From: Eledone cirrhosa
Lineage: Eukaryota
DNA length: 64,000 bases
Assembly: GCA_964016885.1 (NCBI GenBank)
Contig: OZ024742.1
Location: forward strand, 312,604,001 to 312,668,000
Reading direction: 5' to 3'
Positions 1-13,373 of the stretch are shown piece by piece; position 1 is the stretch's first letter, and the number at the start of each line of letters is the position of its first letter. The notes below the pieces were generated by a model that saw only the letters and a program-made list of their open reading frames with translations, did no database searches and was not told the DNA's origin. The translations under genes were made by a program, and so were the position numbers.

Positions 1-36
1 TTCTTTGTTTTAATTTTATTATTTAATTGAATTAAG

Positions 37-330
37 AGCGGTAGGTTGGCAGTATCAGTAGAGCGTCAGACACAATGTTTTGTGACATAGAGTTACGGCC
101 CTTTACTTCCGAGTTAAAATCCCACTAAGATTAACTTTGCCTTTCTTCTTTACAGGGTCGATAAAATAAAGTACCAGTAACACACTGGGTTTGATTTAAT
201 CAACTTTCTTCTCCTCTGAAACTATTGGCCTTCTGCCTAAATTAGACACCATTTACGGGGTCGATAAAATAAAGTACCAGTAATGTACTGGGTAATTTGC
301 TGGCCTTGTGCCTAAAATAGAAACAATTAT
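37..330 (+). mobile_element. tRNA-derived SINE family A (Meta/MESC-like central domain), one copy plus a partial duplicate
   Basis: A-box-like TGGCAGTATCAGTAGAGCG, B-box-like GAGTTAAAATCC, body GCCTTTC...GGGTCGATAAAATAAAGTACCAGT, tail GGCCTTGTGCC...AGAAACAATTA. Recurs more than 10 times in the window. Confidence 0.8.
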
Positions 331-403
331 TTAATTGAATTCTATCCAATATTTAGAACCTGTTCCAACATACCAATCAAGTTCATAAAATATATCCATA
401 GAC

Positions 404-562
404 GCAGGCATGGATGAGTGGTTAAGAAGTTTGCTTCGCAACCAGTTGGTTCTGCATTCAGTCACGCTGCATGGCACCTTGGACAAGTTTCTTCTTCTAT
501 AGCCTCAGGTTGCCCAATGCCGCGTGAGTAAAATTTGGTAGATGGAAACTGCAGAAGCCCAT
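404..562 (+). mobile_element. tRNA-derived SINE family B
   Basis: GCAGGCATGG..AGTGGTTAAGAAG head and CCTTGGACAAG...TCTATAGCCTCAGG...AAATTTGGTAGATGGAAACTG body. Related copies at ~11225-11575 (-), ~61845-61945 and ~62400-62480. Confidence 0.7.
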
Positions 563-699
563 AACACACACACACACACACGTGTGTGTGTATTGTGTCT
601 GTGTTTATGTCCTCTAACTTAGCAATTCAACAAAACAGGATTTGATAAAATTTTACTGGGTGCCCCAGCATACTTGCAAGCTGATGACAGCAACCAGTA

Positions 700-1115
700 A
701 AATAATTGTTTCTACATTTTGGCACAAGGCCAACAATTATCACAGTATATTACTGGTACTTTATTTTATCGACCCCGTAAGGATGACATGCAAAGTTAAC
801 CTCGGCGGGATTTGAACTCAGTCCGTAAAGGGACGTAACTATGCTGCAAAGCATGGCGTCCGACCCTCTACCAATACTGCCAATCCACCGCTAAAATAAT
901 GCTTCCTGATTTAGGCACAAGGCCAGTTATTTCAGGGGAGGGGACAGTCAATTAAATCGACCCCAGTGCGTTATTGGTAATTTATTTTATCGACACAACC
1001 CTGTAAGGATGAAAGGTAAAGCGAACCCTGGTGGGATTTGAACACAGAATGCTATAACTCTATGCCACAAAGCATGGTGTCTGCCTCTCTACAGATACTG
1101 CCATCCATTGCCATC
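700..1115 (-). mobile_element. Two adjacent family A SINEs
   Basis: The reverse complement of the family A motifs (ACTGGTACTTTATTTTATCGACCCC...GGGATTTGAACTC) occurs twice. Confidence 0.8.
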
Positions 1116-1809
1116 AACAACCAGTAAAATAATAAAACAATATATGTAATATTTTATACATACACTAAGTCTAAGTATATAAAAATTCCAAACATTACTT
1201 ACTTCTCAGAAGAAACCCCCCCCCCCCCCCCCCCAAGTACTAAATGATTGACTGGTTTCGAAACAGCGTTGAGATAAGAAATGACCAGCCAGTACCTGTA
1301 TCACAATTATACAAGAATACAACGGCTATTTCAGTAAGAATCCAAGCAGAAGTGCTTGACTCAAATTGTGCGTCATTCTATTTGTTTATCTGTATATTTG
1401 TTCTTCCTAATCAATGGATAGTAAAATGCTGGGAAGACAACACTGCTGTTACTATACAAGGGATATATAGATTGAGATTGAACGAATAAAAGATTCAGTT
1501 CAAACAAGATAAGAACAGACGCAAAAGCAACATACATACATTATATGCTAAATGTAGGGCATTGTAAAACGTATTTATTAAAAACTGTATGTATATATAT
1601 ATATATATATATATATACATACACACATATATATATGTGTGTGTGCATGTGTCCATGTATATACACACATATACAAATGTGTTTGTAATATTTACAATTA
1701 TAGATTTAAACTAAACACTCACACACACACGAGATTGAAAATTAAACTTGTGTTTTTCTGTGGTTTATATATACACACAATGTATATAATCTTTGGTTTC
1801 CAGGGTAAC

Positions 1810-2285
1810 AGCTTGGTTTAGTGGAGCTAACTGTTGCCAGGAAGGAGAGGGTGGAGGAAGTAGAAGAGCAGAAGGGAGCAATGTACCAGAAGTTAGTGGA
1901 GGACCAGATGCATGCGTGTGGAGGTTGGCGCTGAGGGTTTGCAGCTCATTCCCTTAGCAAAACATAAAGAAATCTGGGCAAGCAGAAGGAAAGCTATCAG
2001 AAACAACATCAAAGCAGCAAAGAGGAGATTTAGATGGCCATGGCTGAAGAGAAGTGACCAGTGGGGTTCCGTAATATGTATGTCACTTGGACACAGACTG
2101 GGACAAAACTAACCTTGGTGGGTCATCTGGATGAAGGTGCATATTGTAAAACCCAAAACACTAAGTGACTCCTGGATACAACATTGATGATGTGTCCTGT
2201 AGTTAGATCATCTGGATGAGAGTGACTATGTTGCAAGACCTGAAACATCCAGTGACTCCAGAATACAACATTGATTTGTATTCAT
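1810..2285 (+). mobile_element. Degenerate 3' end of a HERO-like (restriction-like endonuclease) non-LTR retrotransposon with duplicated 3'UTR
   Basis: Frameshifted translation LVELTVARKERVEE...YQKLVED...VEVGAEG...RRKAIRNNIKAAKRRFRWPWLKRSDQW resembles the HERO RLE C-terminus. The 3' block ATCTGGATGA..G...AAACA...AGTGACTCC.G.ATACAACATTGAT occurs twice (~2125, ~2210). Confidence 0.6.
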
Positions 2286-2349
2286 GGAACCTAATACGAA
2301 TACTGGGGTTACTACTGACCGTACTCAAATGACTGGAACCAGCATATAA

Positions 2350-2845
2350 ACACACATACACACACACACACATTGGCATCCATTTCTTGCTAACAGAGAA
2401 AATGGGCGTTAAATGTTGCTAATGATACATACATACACACACACACATACGCACACATTGTCATCCAACTCCTACTAACAGAGAAAATGGGCATTGAATG
2501 TTGCTAATGATACATACATACACACACACACATACGCACACATTGTCATCCAACTCCTACTAACAGAGAAAATGGGCATTGAATGTTGCTAATGATACAT
2601 ACATACACACACACACATACGCACACATTGTCATCCAACTCCTACTAACAGAGAAAATGGGCATTGAATGTTGCTAATGATACATACATACATACACACA
2701 CATACACACACATTGTCATCCAACTCCTACTAACAGAGAAAATGGGCATTGAATGTTGCTAATGATACATACATACACACACACACATACGCACACATTG
2801 TCATCCAACTCCTACTAACAGAGAAAATGGGCATTGAATGTTGAT
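2350..2845. repeat. Minisatellite, 85-bp unit, ~5.5 copies
   Basis: TCATCCAACTCCTACTAACAGAGAAAATGGGCATTGAATGTTG recurs at 2461, 2546, 2631, 2716 and 2801, with a diverged copy at ~2376. Confidence 0.95.
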
Positions 2846-2864
2846 ATGCATGCATATACACATA

Positions 2865-4010
2865 CACACAGTTTTGTCACCATTCAAGAAGAGTCCAATG
2901 GACTGCGCTACAGCCTCCACTCTGTGTAACATGTCCTCAGCTTCTTTGCAGGTGTTTTCCAGGAGAGCTATGTCATCTGCATAAGCCATTTCAGGTAGAA
3001 CTTCCGCCAGAGGCCGGGTACTTTGTTGACTTTTCAGCATCATTCCATCTGATGGTGCAATGGCATTATGTAGTGCAAAATCAAGGCATATCACAGAAGA
3101 GAAAGGAGCCAGAGGATCTCCCTGGAGGACTCCAGTATTGCTGGAGAATAGGTCTGAGTTTCCCTTGGATGTCATTACAAGTGCTGAAGTATTCTCATAC
3201 ATGACTTTAATTGCATTGATGATCTGATGAGGTATCCCACACGCAAGAAGAATTTTGAGTCAATCGAACCAAAAACCTTGAAATCTATGTATACATTTCT
3301 GCCACCTTCTTGTAATTCTGTACTTCCTCAACAATCCTTTTTAGAGCCAAAATGTCTGAGGCAGTAGAGCAAAATGGCCAAAATTTATTTTGGCTAGAAC
3401 GTAGAATGTTGTCAATACATGGTCTGATTTTATTCAGGATCATCTTATTGTAAGAGTTTGCTGGAATTTGCATAAGACTGATACCTCTACAGTTGGTGCA
3501 GATTGTAAGGTTACCTTTCTTGGGTATTGGTACTATTCCTCATATTCCTCATTTCTCAGGCCTGTGCCCTTCAAAAGTTTCAATGCAGAAATCTCTAAGA
3601 AATTTGCAAGCTTTGGGTAGTTTCCATAGGTCTAAAGCTATGCCATCAAACCCAGGAGTTTTTCCTGGTTTCATTGTCTTTAGTGCATTATCCACCTCTT
3701 CTATGAAGAATTCAGAGATGTTTATCTCTCGATGAACTTTAAACACTGGGTCAATCACTATATCTGGCTCACAATGATTGTCAGCAGACAGGCATTTGTG
3801 AAAGTGCTCTCTCCAAGTCATAAGGCAATCTTCACCTGGGATATATACCACATTCTCCCTCCACTTCTCTTCTGTCAGTGTCCAAGCTTCTCTGGGTGTG
3901 TTGTTACTATTCTCAAAATCAACCAGAGTTTGGTTGATTCCTTCATCCTCCAGATGATCAAAAGTAGAGCACTGAATACTCTTGGTGATGCTGTACATCT
4001 GAAAATGTAG
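2865..4010 (-). mobile_element. Decayed RTE-like LINE reverse transcriptase fragment
   Basis: Minus-strand ORF pieces: MKPGKTPGFDGI, YNKMILNKIRP, TGVLQGDPLAPF, YADDIALL, IGLFLNGDKT. Confidence 0.85.
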
Positions 4011-4239
4011 ATTTTAGGGAGTCACTTCTGACTGTAGCCATTGCTACACTTTCCACGGGGGGTGTGATACAACAGGAATGTCTTGGTAGGATTTCCTTAC
4101 CCACTTCTTTACAGATGGATACAAATTACTTAACTATTGGTATGTATCTCTGTGTATGATTGTGTGTATGTGTGAGAGAAAGAGAACATGATAACTATCT
4201 AGTCATAAATATATGAAAGGTTAGCTAATAAATATATGT

Positions 4240-5064
4240 ATGCATTTAATTAATATACATATACACACGACCGTGACCTCTGGCGTCACGCAGTAATACA
4301 GAATACCCGACCCCCCACGGGTACAAGCCGAAGCTGAAGCATATAGACAATATGCCCCCACACCCTCCCACTGCAAAGTGGTCGTGGCAAAAAAGCACCC
4401 AGCCCACACTGTAAAGTGGACGTGTAGGCGCCATGGAAAAAAAGCACCCAGCACTCACTGTAAATGAGGTTGGTGTTAGAAAGGGCATCCAGCTGTAGAA
4501 ATCAAGCCAGAATCAGTTCCCGTATGAGCAAGACAAGGTCAGCCGACCGGACACTGCCCACAACAGGACAACCCATCTAACCCATGCTAGCGTGGAAGAA
4601 CAGACGTAAAATGGTGATGATGATGATACACAATGATATATACAATGAGTACATAATATTCATTATAAATGCTTCATGTAATGTATATAAACATTAACAC
4701 ATAAACCTGTATTTGTGTGTGTATCATCATTGCCATTTAATGTCTATTTGTTCACCCTTGCATGGGTGAGACGAACCCGTTTCACCCTTGCATGGGTGAG
4801 ACGAACCCGTCTCACCCATGCACGTGAGACAAGTCAGATCAGGTGACCATGTCTTGCTTATACAGATCTGTATTTTGGCTTGGTTTCTATGGCTGGATGT
4901 CCTTCCTAAGGCCAACCACGTTAAAGTGTGGACTGGCTACTTTTTATCTTGGCACCAAAATGATCATCTAACAGGGTGGACTAGGTGCTTTTACATCATA
5001 TCATCAGCACAGCTGTCTTATAGGTATGTTGGACTGGGTGCTTTGTTGTTATAGCACCAGATCA

Positions 5065-5065
<1 letters not shown>
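4240..5065. mobile_element. Tail-to-tail pair of RTE-3'UTR/SINE-tail elements (+ ~4240-4628; - ~4724-5065)
   Basis: CCCAGCCCACACTGTAAAGTGG modules, GGTTGGTGTTAG.AAGGGCATCCAGC and ...GACGTAAAATG(ATG)n tail, as in the RTE 3'UTR at 58482-58872. Confidence 0.75.
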
Positions 5066-5107
<42 letters not shown>

Positions 5108-5389
5108 AGAGCAATAACTATATAATGAGCTTGAGAGCTTGTCTTCAAATATCTATTTCCCAATGAAACTTCACAAAATTTAACTAACAGATTCACCTTA
5201 AAATTATCTGAACACTGTGACAATAACAACCATATGCAATACAACTGCGTTTCTCTGAACTTTTCATAGGTATTACACAATTAAGCATCATTCAGTCGAA
5301 GCCCACCACAAAAAGGGTGAACACAAAATGACTGCTACTTTTCAACAGTGCATTCGCAGATCTAGTAAATAATAATGTTTAAATAATGT

Positions 5390-5520
5390 CCAGCAGGATA
5401 TCCAGGGTTAGTCCCCCAAACCAAGATGGTTGGATAACATCCATGAGCTTAGGGATCCAACCAGATCAATTGGAGATAGTTGCTTCTGACAGGACCTGAT
5501 GGAAGGAGTGTTTGAATCTT
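5390..5520 (+). mobile_element. RTE-like C-terminal fragment; homologous minus-strand piece at ~7100-7260
   Basis: CAAGATGGTTGGATAACATCCATGAGCTT is shared with the ~7150-7178 (-) copy, which translates RPRGRPRARWLDNIHEL. Confidence 0.6.
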
Positions 5521-6699
5521 GACTTTACGGAATTTTCATCACAAGACAGTCTTAACCAAATATGCCAGGTAAATCTTGGGTGCTACAGGTAACAAGTTAA
5601 TATGATACAACCCATTTCATGGTCGGGGTCGTCAATAACTGAACCAGCAACCCCACCATGATCCAGTAAGGACCGAGGTATCACGTCAGTTTGTTGCATC
5701 ATGAGCCTTTCATTGCCCTCTAGTTCGTTTCAACTGCCTTGGTATCCATTCTGTCACTCTGATAGTCCACCTGTATGAGCTATAAAATCTGAAGTGTAGG
5801 CACATCTTACATCCATAATATTTAACCTTGACCTGACCTAGCACAAGTCAGGTTAAGGACTTCTTGAAAGGTGTGGTCTTTGATTTGTTATTATGGTGTA
5901 CATTTTGAGAGCCCATGAATGGGAAGCATCTTTAAAAGGGAAGAAGGAAAGGGCACAAAAGATGATCATGCTCAATATAAAGTTAAAAGCTATCATATAC
6001 ATACATATCTGAATTAATGGGCCCACTTATGAAGTTTTGAAGCATCTCCTGGTGAGAAAACTTGTTATTGGTCTTTTTCCCCTTTGTTTTACATAACTTT
6101 AGGGGACAGTAATAATCAAAAGAAGTCTATGTGACCCCTTCTTTTAACAAGAAACTGGAACTTATAAGGAAATTATAAGCTGGTGCTTCAATGGTGAGAG
6201 TTTGTGAAGAGAATGATATACAAGACTAAGAATATATACACTGATGCAAATTCTAAATTCTTATGTGTTAGTGCAAATTACAAAGGAGGTACATTATTCT
6301 CATTGAGGAGGTAATGACAAAGTGGTTTATCCATCAATGGTCTTGCAATAACATCCTTGCTTTAGAAATTTAAAGTGTAAATGCCAAACGAGTTAAGCTG
6401 ATGGATAACAAGAATCTCAAATATACTGATTTAAAAACTGCCATGAGATAAGCAAACCAAAATAACCATGGTAGAACACCAACCAAGGAATTCAAACCAT
6501 TCAAAAATAGGTTAAATGACTTAAAACTGTGAAGGGCTCCTAATTTCCCAAGTGCACAATGGGAATGAAACTAAAATGTATCAGTAGTCACTACACCAAA
6601 ATATACCCAAGCTTTGAAGAATAAAACACCTATACCTGGTCATAAACAAACATTTCTCAGCCTCATGTTACATATATATTATATTCCCTTTTATTACTT

Positions 6700-8200
6700 G
6701 CAGGCACCACCATTACTGTTGCTATTGTTTCAATAGGACTTCTGTGATTGGTTTTTGATTCATCAAGAGCTAAAAGACACATTTAAATATTTTTAGAAGA
6801 ATTACTGGAAACCCATCAGGGTTTGTTGCCGAGTGTGAGCTCATTTCATCTATAGCTGATATTACATTTCCCTCCTTTATACCGATGTAATGGAGAGTTG
6901 CCACTTCCCTACTTAGAGCTGTAGTGCCATACAACTTATCTGGTCTATTTATTTATAAGTATCCCATCTGGAAAGTAAACCAGTTTTGAATTGTTCATTC
7001 AGTATTTCACTTATCCTTTTGGCCCATTTTGTAATGAGCTCATTTTTGGTAAATTTATAAAAGGCTTAAGGGTTCATTTTTATATTTTTACAGCCCTAGT
7101 TCTTCTTTCTCCAAATGATCTGGCTGGATCCCCAAGCGCGACCAACCAAGCTCATGGATGTTATCCAACCATCTTGCTCGGGGTCTACCCCTGGGTCTCT
7201 TGCTGGTTAGTTTTGACTGTAAAATCTGTCCAGCGATTCTTTCCTGAGTCATTCTAACTACATAGAATTTGAAGACTCTGCCCCTACGACCCTCTCATGA
7301 ATAAGTGGACAAAGAAGTTTTTCTTTCTGCCCTCTCTCTTTTTGATTATAGTGCATTATTTTGCTTTCTATTTCTAGCTGTATGCCTTTTCAAGAGGTAT
7401 TTTACACTCTCCTTGAATTGTTCATAGAAACAATTTCAGGTCTTTGTTCTTCATCCCAGAAGAATTTTTGTCCCTAGGGATTGGTAAATTTCATGAATAC
7501 GGCTTATTATTGAGATAAACTGCTTAAATTTTGCGTGATCGTCTTGGAGAGACTTTTGAGCCAGTGTTTTGTTTTGTTGTTGTTGTTTTTTGTTTTTTGT
7601 TGTTGTTGGGGGGGGGGGGGGTACCTACAGGGGTTTTATTTTTTGTCAGTTCTACTGTCATAGTCTGCACAACCTTCACATTACGAGCAAGTGGCAAGTT
7701 TCCCTGTTATTTACAAAGCAGATATTTAAAGTGCCGTTGCCCCCAGTTTGGTAGAGAAATGTTTCTTCTATGAACAATATATAAGAAAGGTCAAGTACAG
7801 CTTTTTCTTGTCTCTGTTCATGCAATGACATTTCTAAGAGATTGTGGCCTTTGGACCATCTGACATTGAGGAGGTTGAAGTCATCCAAGAGAAGCACATT
7901 AATGTATTGGTACAGTTTAGTTAACACCTCTTCTAGATTTCTAAGATCATCTTCAATAGATATGGATGATATGTTGCACATATAACTAAGTTGCTTTATA
8001 TATACTATTAGTATGTCACAAACTAAGAGTTTGACAGCAGACTATGGTGTGACATCTTGGCTGTACAATGGCAATTCCACCATGATTTTACTCAGTATGC
8101 TATAACATTCTTTGGCATGTGTATTCATGCATCTGCTATATTACTTGTTGAATGGATTTCTCTGAATGCCATGTATATTGCATTGTGACAAGAGCCCTCA
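6700..8200 (-). mobile_element. Decayed CR1/L2-type LINE (APE and RT N-terminus), interrupted by an RTE fragment
   Basis: NVLLLDDFNLLNVRW (APE GDFN motif, 7676-7981) and AIDEMSSHSATNPDGFPVILLK (~6790-6860). Confidence 0.6.
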
Positions 8201-10394
8201 GGTATGGGGGTTTACTTCTATTAGTAAATTATAACAGACCTTGGACTCTCAGCAGTAGTAATAGCGTGCGTGACATTTTGATAGATATCAGTGGAGGCTA
8301 CCCTGGAGTTATGATTAGCATGTTGATAAGCTTGGTTTTTGTTCTGTATGCACTGCAGTCGGACATAAAATATGGATGGAACTTGTGAAAGCGAAATACC
8401 TAGGAAAACATGGGACGTGATGAAGACTGACCACACAAAGCTTAACTCTACAATGGACATGACAAAGGAATGCTGTGATTTGAGATGTATGCTGTTGGAG
8501 GAAACCTGGCCTCCTATCCAAGCAAGATTAAACTAGTGTGTTGAAGATGGTTGTGTGGAAGCTGAGAGATATATCCACAGTTATGTCCTTCCCTTTTGAC
8601 TGTCTATTTGCTTCCCTTTACCTCCTTGTTTCCTTCCTTCTTATCTGAATGCCTCTCAATAAGGGCAGTTTAGGACCTCTGAAACTCATTATCCATGCTA
8701 CCCATAGAAAGAAAGGTACCTTAATCCTGTATATATATATATTAACCTGATAATAAATCTACCTCTCTTCCATTACTACAACGCACCATCATCTAAGCTG
8801 CCAGTCATCACACCCTTTTTCCAAGGTCTTTCAACAAGTTTCACAACCCAACACTTGTTCTCACCCTCTCAGCAATAACATCTACCATTATTCCTCCTGC
8901 CTCACCCATTACTACATATCTCTCTACACTGCTCTTGGTGCCACAATAAAGTATGGCCAATACAATCTGTAAAGTGGTATTGCTGGTTCCACAACAAAAT
9001 GCACCCAGTACACACTGTAAAGTTGTTGGCATTAGGAAGAAAATCCAGCCATAGTAACCATGCCAAAATATGGAACATACGTATGACAAACATCTAGCCT
9101 TGCACCATGACCACCCATCCAACCCATGCCAGCATAGAAAATGAATGTAAAATAATGATGATATATAAAATATATATTTATATTTCATTTTATATATATA
9201 TATATATATATAAACATATATATATATATCATCATCACCATCACCGTTTAACATCTATTTTTCCATGCTTGCAGGTGTTAGATGGGTTGTCCACATTATG
9301 AGACAAGTCTGGTCAGTTGGCCACACTGTACTTTGCTTAAAGCATTGTGGAAAATGAAAATTAGTTATATCTTAGAAGCCGCTACATTGCAAATTGAGTT
9401 GTAAATATTAATGTGAAGAAAGAGAGGGGTGAGGTTGAATGGAGAAGGAAAAAAAAAGGAATCGGAGATAAAGTTACCTTGTAAATATTTATTAGTCCCA
9501 ATATTCGAATGTACCATTCATTATCAAGGGGTCTGATGGGAACCTTGGAGAATGTGAGCGAGGGCCTTTCTTTCTATGCTCCTGTGTGGTTTTGTGTTGG
9601 AGATAAAACTATATATAATATATATAATGTATATCTATATCATTAAATGGCAATGATATATATACGTGATAAATATGTTGCTGTGTGCATTTGGCTTAGA
9701 ATAAGTACACCATATCTGTGTGTGTCATAAAAGGCAACTAAAGGGTTTGGCACCAGAAATGGCATATGGCTGTAAAACATTGCTTCAGAAAGGACCCGAT
9801 AGTGAGTATGTCACTTGTCATGGGAACTTACATGGTTAACTCCAGTCTTAGCAGGGAAGCATGGCCTTAAAACGCTTGCTGTGCGATGATGATATGATAT
9901 ATATATATCATCAGCATCATCCTCATTGTTTAACATACATTTTCTCTATAGTATAAATTAATTCATTATCGTCATTTTGCATCCTTTTTTCCTTAATGAC
10001 ATTTGTTGGTATATATATAGATATTATGAAGCCAGTTTAGCTATGGCTTGGTGCCCTTCCTGAATACAAGAGGCATCAAATTTGTCACCTTTCATCAGGC
10101 ACTTATACGAGTTTATAAGATACCGTTAAAAGTAAATAACTCCAAGATGTAAATTTGAAATGTGAGATCATTCACGTGTTAGTGTTTATATGCTATAGCA
10201 AAAGTATTGTATGATGGGGTGGAATGTAGTATAGAGTTGGTAATATTTAAGGTATGGAGTAGAGTAGTATAAAAAGTGTATTGTATTAGGATAAATCTCT
10301 TCCCAATTGTGCACAGTTTTCCTTTTCACACTTACGGATATTGCTATATATATATTATATAAACACTATATCTGAAATAACCCTTGGTGCCCTG

Positions 10395-10730
10395 TGTCTT
10401 AGTGGCAATAAACAAAATTAAATTCAACTCAGCAGTAAGCCCTAATAGATTCCCTGCTAGAGTCCTGAAGATGTATCGACACCAACTTGCATCTCCTCTA
10501 GCAAGTCTGTGGAGGAACTCATTGGACGCTAGCTATATCCCTGCAAACTTTCTGTCCCAGTCTGTCAACCGAGTTTCCAAAAAGGGAAACAAGTCCCTAG
10601 CAGTGAATTAACTCCCGATCTCACTCACCTCTCATATCATTAAGATATTTGAGAGGGTGGTGAGATCACGAATAATTCACTTCCTTGAAAGCAACAATCT
10701 GTTGAACTCCAACATGGATTCCTTAATGGT
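10395..10730 (+). mobile_element. CR1-type LINE RT fragment
   Basis: AINKIKFNSAVSPNRFPARVLK...LASPLASLWRNSL...KKGNKSLAVN*LPISLTSHIIKIFERVVR...FLESNNLL. Confidence 0.8.
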
Positions 10731-11002
10731 AATATTATACCGGTTTCACTTTCAACGTGGAATACATATTTCCTATTGTTTTTTATGTTTTGAAACGATC
10801 GGAAATTTGTAAAAAAAAAATCCTTAGATAATAGAATTGTGAAACAAAAACTATACTCAAAACGACACTTAGAATATCTAAAATATCCAAATATTAAAAC
10901 TTCATATTCAAAACCGCACAATCTAAACATAATGTGTTGATTACCTGCCTCATCTAATAAACGGGGTTTGAATTCTTGCCTATTTCTCAGTTATAAAATA
11001 GC

Positions 11003-11030
11003 GTCGACTTATATTCGAGTATATACGGTA
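11003..11030. mobile_element. Tc1/mariner-superfamily (Tc2/pogo-like) terminal inverted repeat; partner end not found
   Basis: GTCGACTTATATTCGAGTATATACGG followed by TA. Confidence 0.5.
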
Positions 11031-11755
11031 AATACATTTTCCATATTGGATATACCACATACACAGTAAGAATTTTAAATAGTTTAAAATTGCTCGTACA
11101 TTTCTAAACACATATATTTTACTTTGTTTCAGTCATTAGACTGCAATCAGCTGGGACCCCACCTTGAAGCGATTTAGTCAAACATATCAATTCTAGTACT
11201 TATTTTTTCAAGTCTGTTTCTACACATTTTCCGTCTACCGAATTTCACTCAAACCGAAGCTATAGTAGAAGACACTTGTTCCAGGTGGCATATAATGGAA
11301 CTGAACACAAAACCATGTGAATGCGAAGCGAACTCCTTAACTGCGTAGCTATGCTTGCGCCAAATAGACACACACATACAAGGTTGCCTGACCATTTTCT
11401 TAAAAAGCAGTCTCCTTTCTACATAATTTCCGCCTACCAAATTTCACTCAGAAAGCACTGATTAACCCGAGGTTATAGTAGAAGACACTTGACCGGGGTG
11501 CCATATAATTGAACTGAACATAAAACCATGTGGATGTGTAACTAACTTCTTTACCACATAGCTATGTTTGCGGCATACAGACACGCACACACAAAAAACT
11601 GACTATATTAAATTGTAGCTCAAAGCGAAAATTTTACTATATATATATATATATATGCGATGAAATACCAATGATGGTTGGCAAATCACTGATGAGGGAC
11701 TAATTTTATAATATGTAACCCATGTGCAACCACGCAGTATTCCTCTAACCTTGTT

Positions 11756-11799
<44 letters not shown>

Positions 11800-12525
11800 T
11801 AAGCACCCCTAACTTTTATCTGTAGAAACAGTTGTTTCATTTAACAGATAGTGAGTGTTAGGAGGTAATTCTTCAGTAGCATAGGAACATGTTAATAGAA
11901 AGAATGACAAATGCACTTTATTTGGATTATCTAATTTAACCTGTAGAGAGAATTATTAATGCCACAGTTGACCCAAGTTCTATTTGTATTAATTGCACAC
12001 ATCACTCAAGAATTTTTCATGACTTGATACAACACTTTAAGAAAAGTTTTTGTAACCCTTTTGACATGAACCTGCTTAAAACCGGCTCTGGTTCTATGAA
12101 ACAAAACCACCCGTTTTAAATAATTCCTATTCAAATTAATATCTTTTATATAAGAACCGTATGTTAAGCTACTCTCTTAATCATGAAATAATAACTTTAG
12201 TAAATAGAATTTCATTAGAAATACGGCAATAAAAAAGCAAGTTAAACTTAAAAACTAATATAATTTTATTTTGTTGATTATCGTAACATCTCACCCGTGC
12301 ACATGGGTTTCGTCCAAATTAATGAAAACTGATTTTCATTTGTAAGGATAGAGCAACAACAATTTTTATTTATAAGTGCAATCACAAATCAACTGAAAGA
12401 ATTCTTTTAAGTTCTAAACGATCGAAGTTACGAATGTTAACTAAATCTAATTTTGTTATTGGAAAAAAATGTTTTGGTAGTTTGTTGCGAATTTGAGTTA
12501 TGTTTAACTGAAGAAATGTACTTTG

Positions 12526-12762
12526 TTAACCCTTTTGTTACCATATTTCTAATGAAAAGCTCATACTATAACTTTTAAATTATTTCGAAAATAACCAAGA
12601 ATTTGGAAGGATTTAGTAATACAACTACAAACATTAAATAAATGATGAGAAAGTTAACTAACTTTCTCATCATTTATCTAATGTTTGTAACAAAAGTTCT
12701 TACACGAAATTATGATTTAAACCAGGGGCAATTTCAGGCAGCTTGGTATCAAAGGAGGTAAA
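12526..12762. mobile_element. piggyBac-like TTAA MITE family 2; related copies ~26299-26482, 26814-27053, 29676-29912, 30277-30575
   Basis: Ends TTAACCCTTTTG(T/A)TACC and GGTA(TC/AT)AAAAGGGTTAA-like, with a shared internal CCATATTTCTA..GAAA segment. Confidence 0.65.
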
Positions 12763-13342
12763 TCGATTTTGTGAGCTCGTATTTTCAACGTTGTTCACTT
12801 TCAGCTTTATTGCAATCATCATTTATTTCTCACACTTAAATTAAAAAATTGTGGATCAGTTAACCAGGATTTTTGAAACTTTTTCAAACCTATTAACAGT
12901 GTTTAAAAAATAAATGTACCCATTTATATAGTTTTTGAATAATCAAGATTTATCAAACATGCTTGGTTTGTTTCAACTTCGGCGATCCTTGAGTATAGAT
13001 GCGATGCGACTTTCACTTTGTCAAACAGTAAAAGTGACATAGAATACGTCAAGGAACGACAGACTTCTGCCACATTACTGCTGCTAACACTAAGGAGATT
13101 CTTCAATATACTAGAAATAGCAGCCAAATATCCCTCAATTAATACCTTACCTTATTAATTTGCCTACAAATTTTATTAACAGGACAAAAATATTAATATG
13201 AATTTTTTAAATAAAAAGAAATTCGAACTATAACCTTTACAACAACCCATAAAAGTACCAAAGAGCTCAGATTTAAAAAGAAATCCTTTACTTGTCCCCC
13301 AATCCAGTAAACCTATATATATCTATATATACATACCGACAA

Positions 13343-13373
<31 letters not shown>

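Noticed and set aside
9478-9610. Exon-like minus-strand segment ending in AAG|GTAACT
   Set aside because: Stops occur in all frames from the best acceptor, and no protein similarity was recognised.
11660-11700. CTGATGA motif with a nearby GAAA
   Set aside because: No consistent helices I-III or NUH site could be built.
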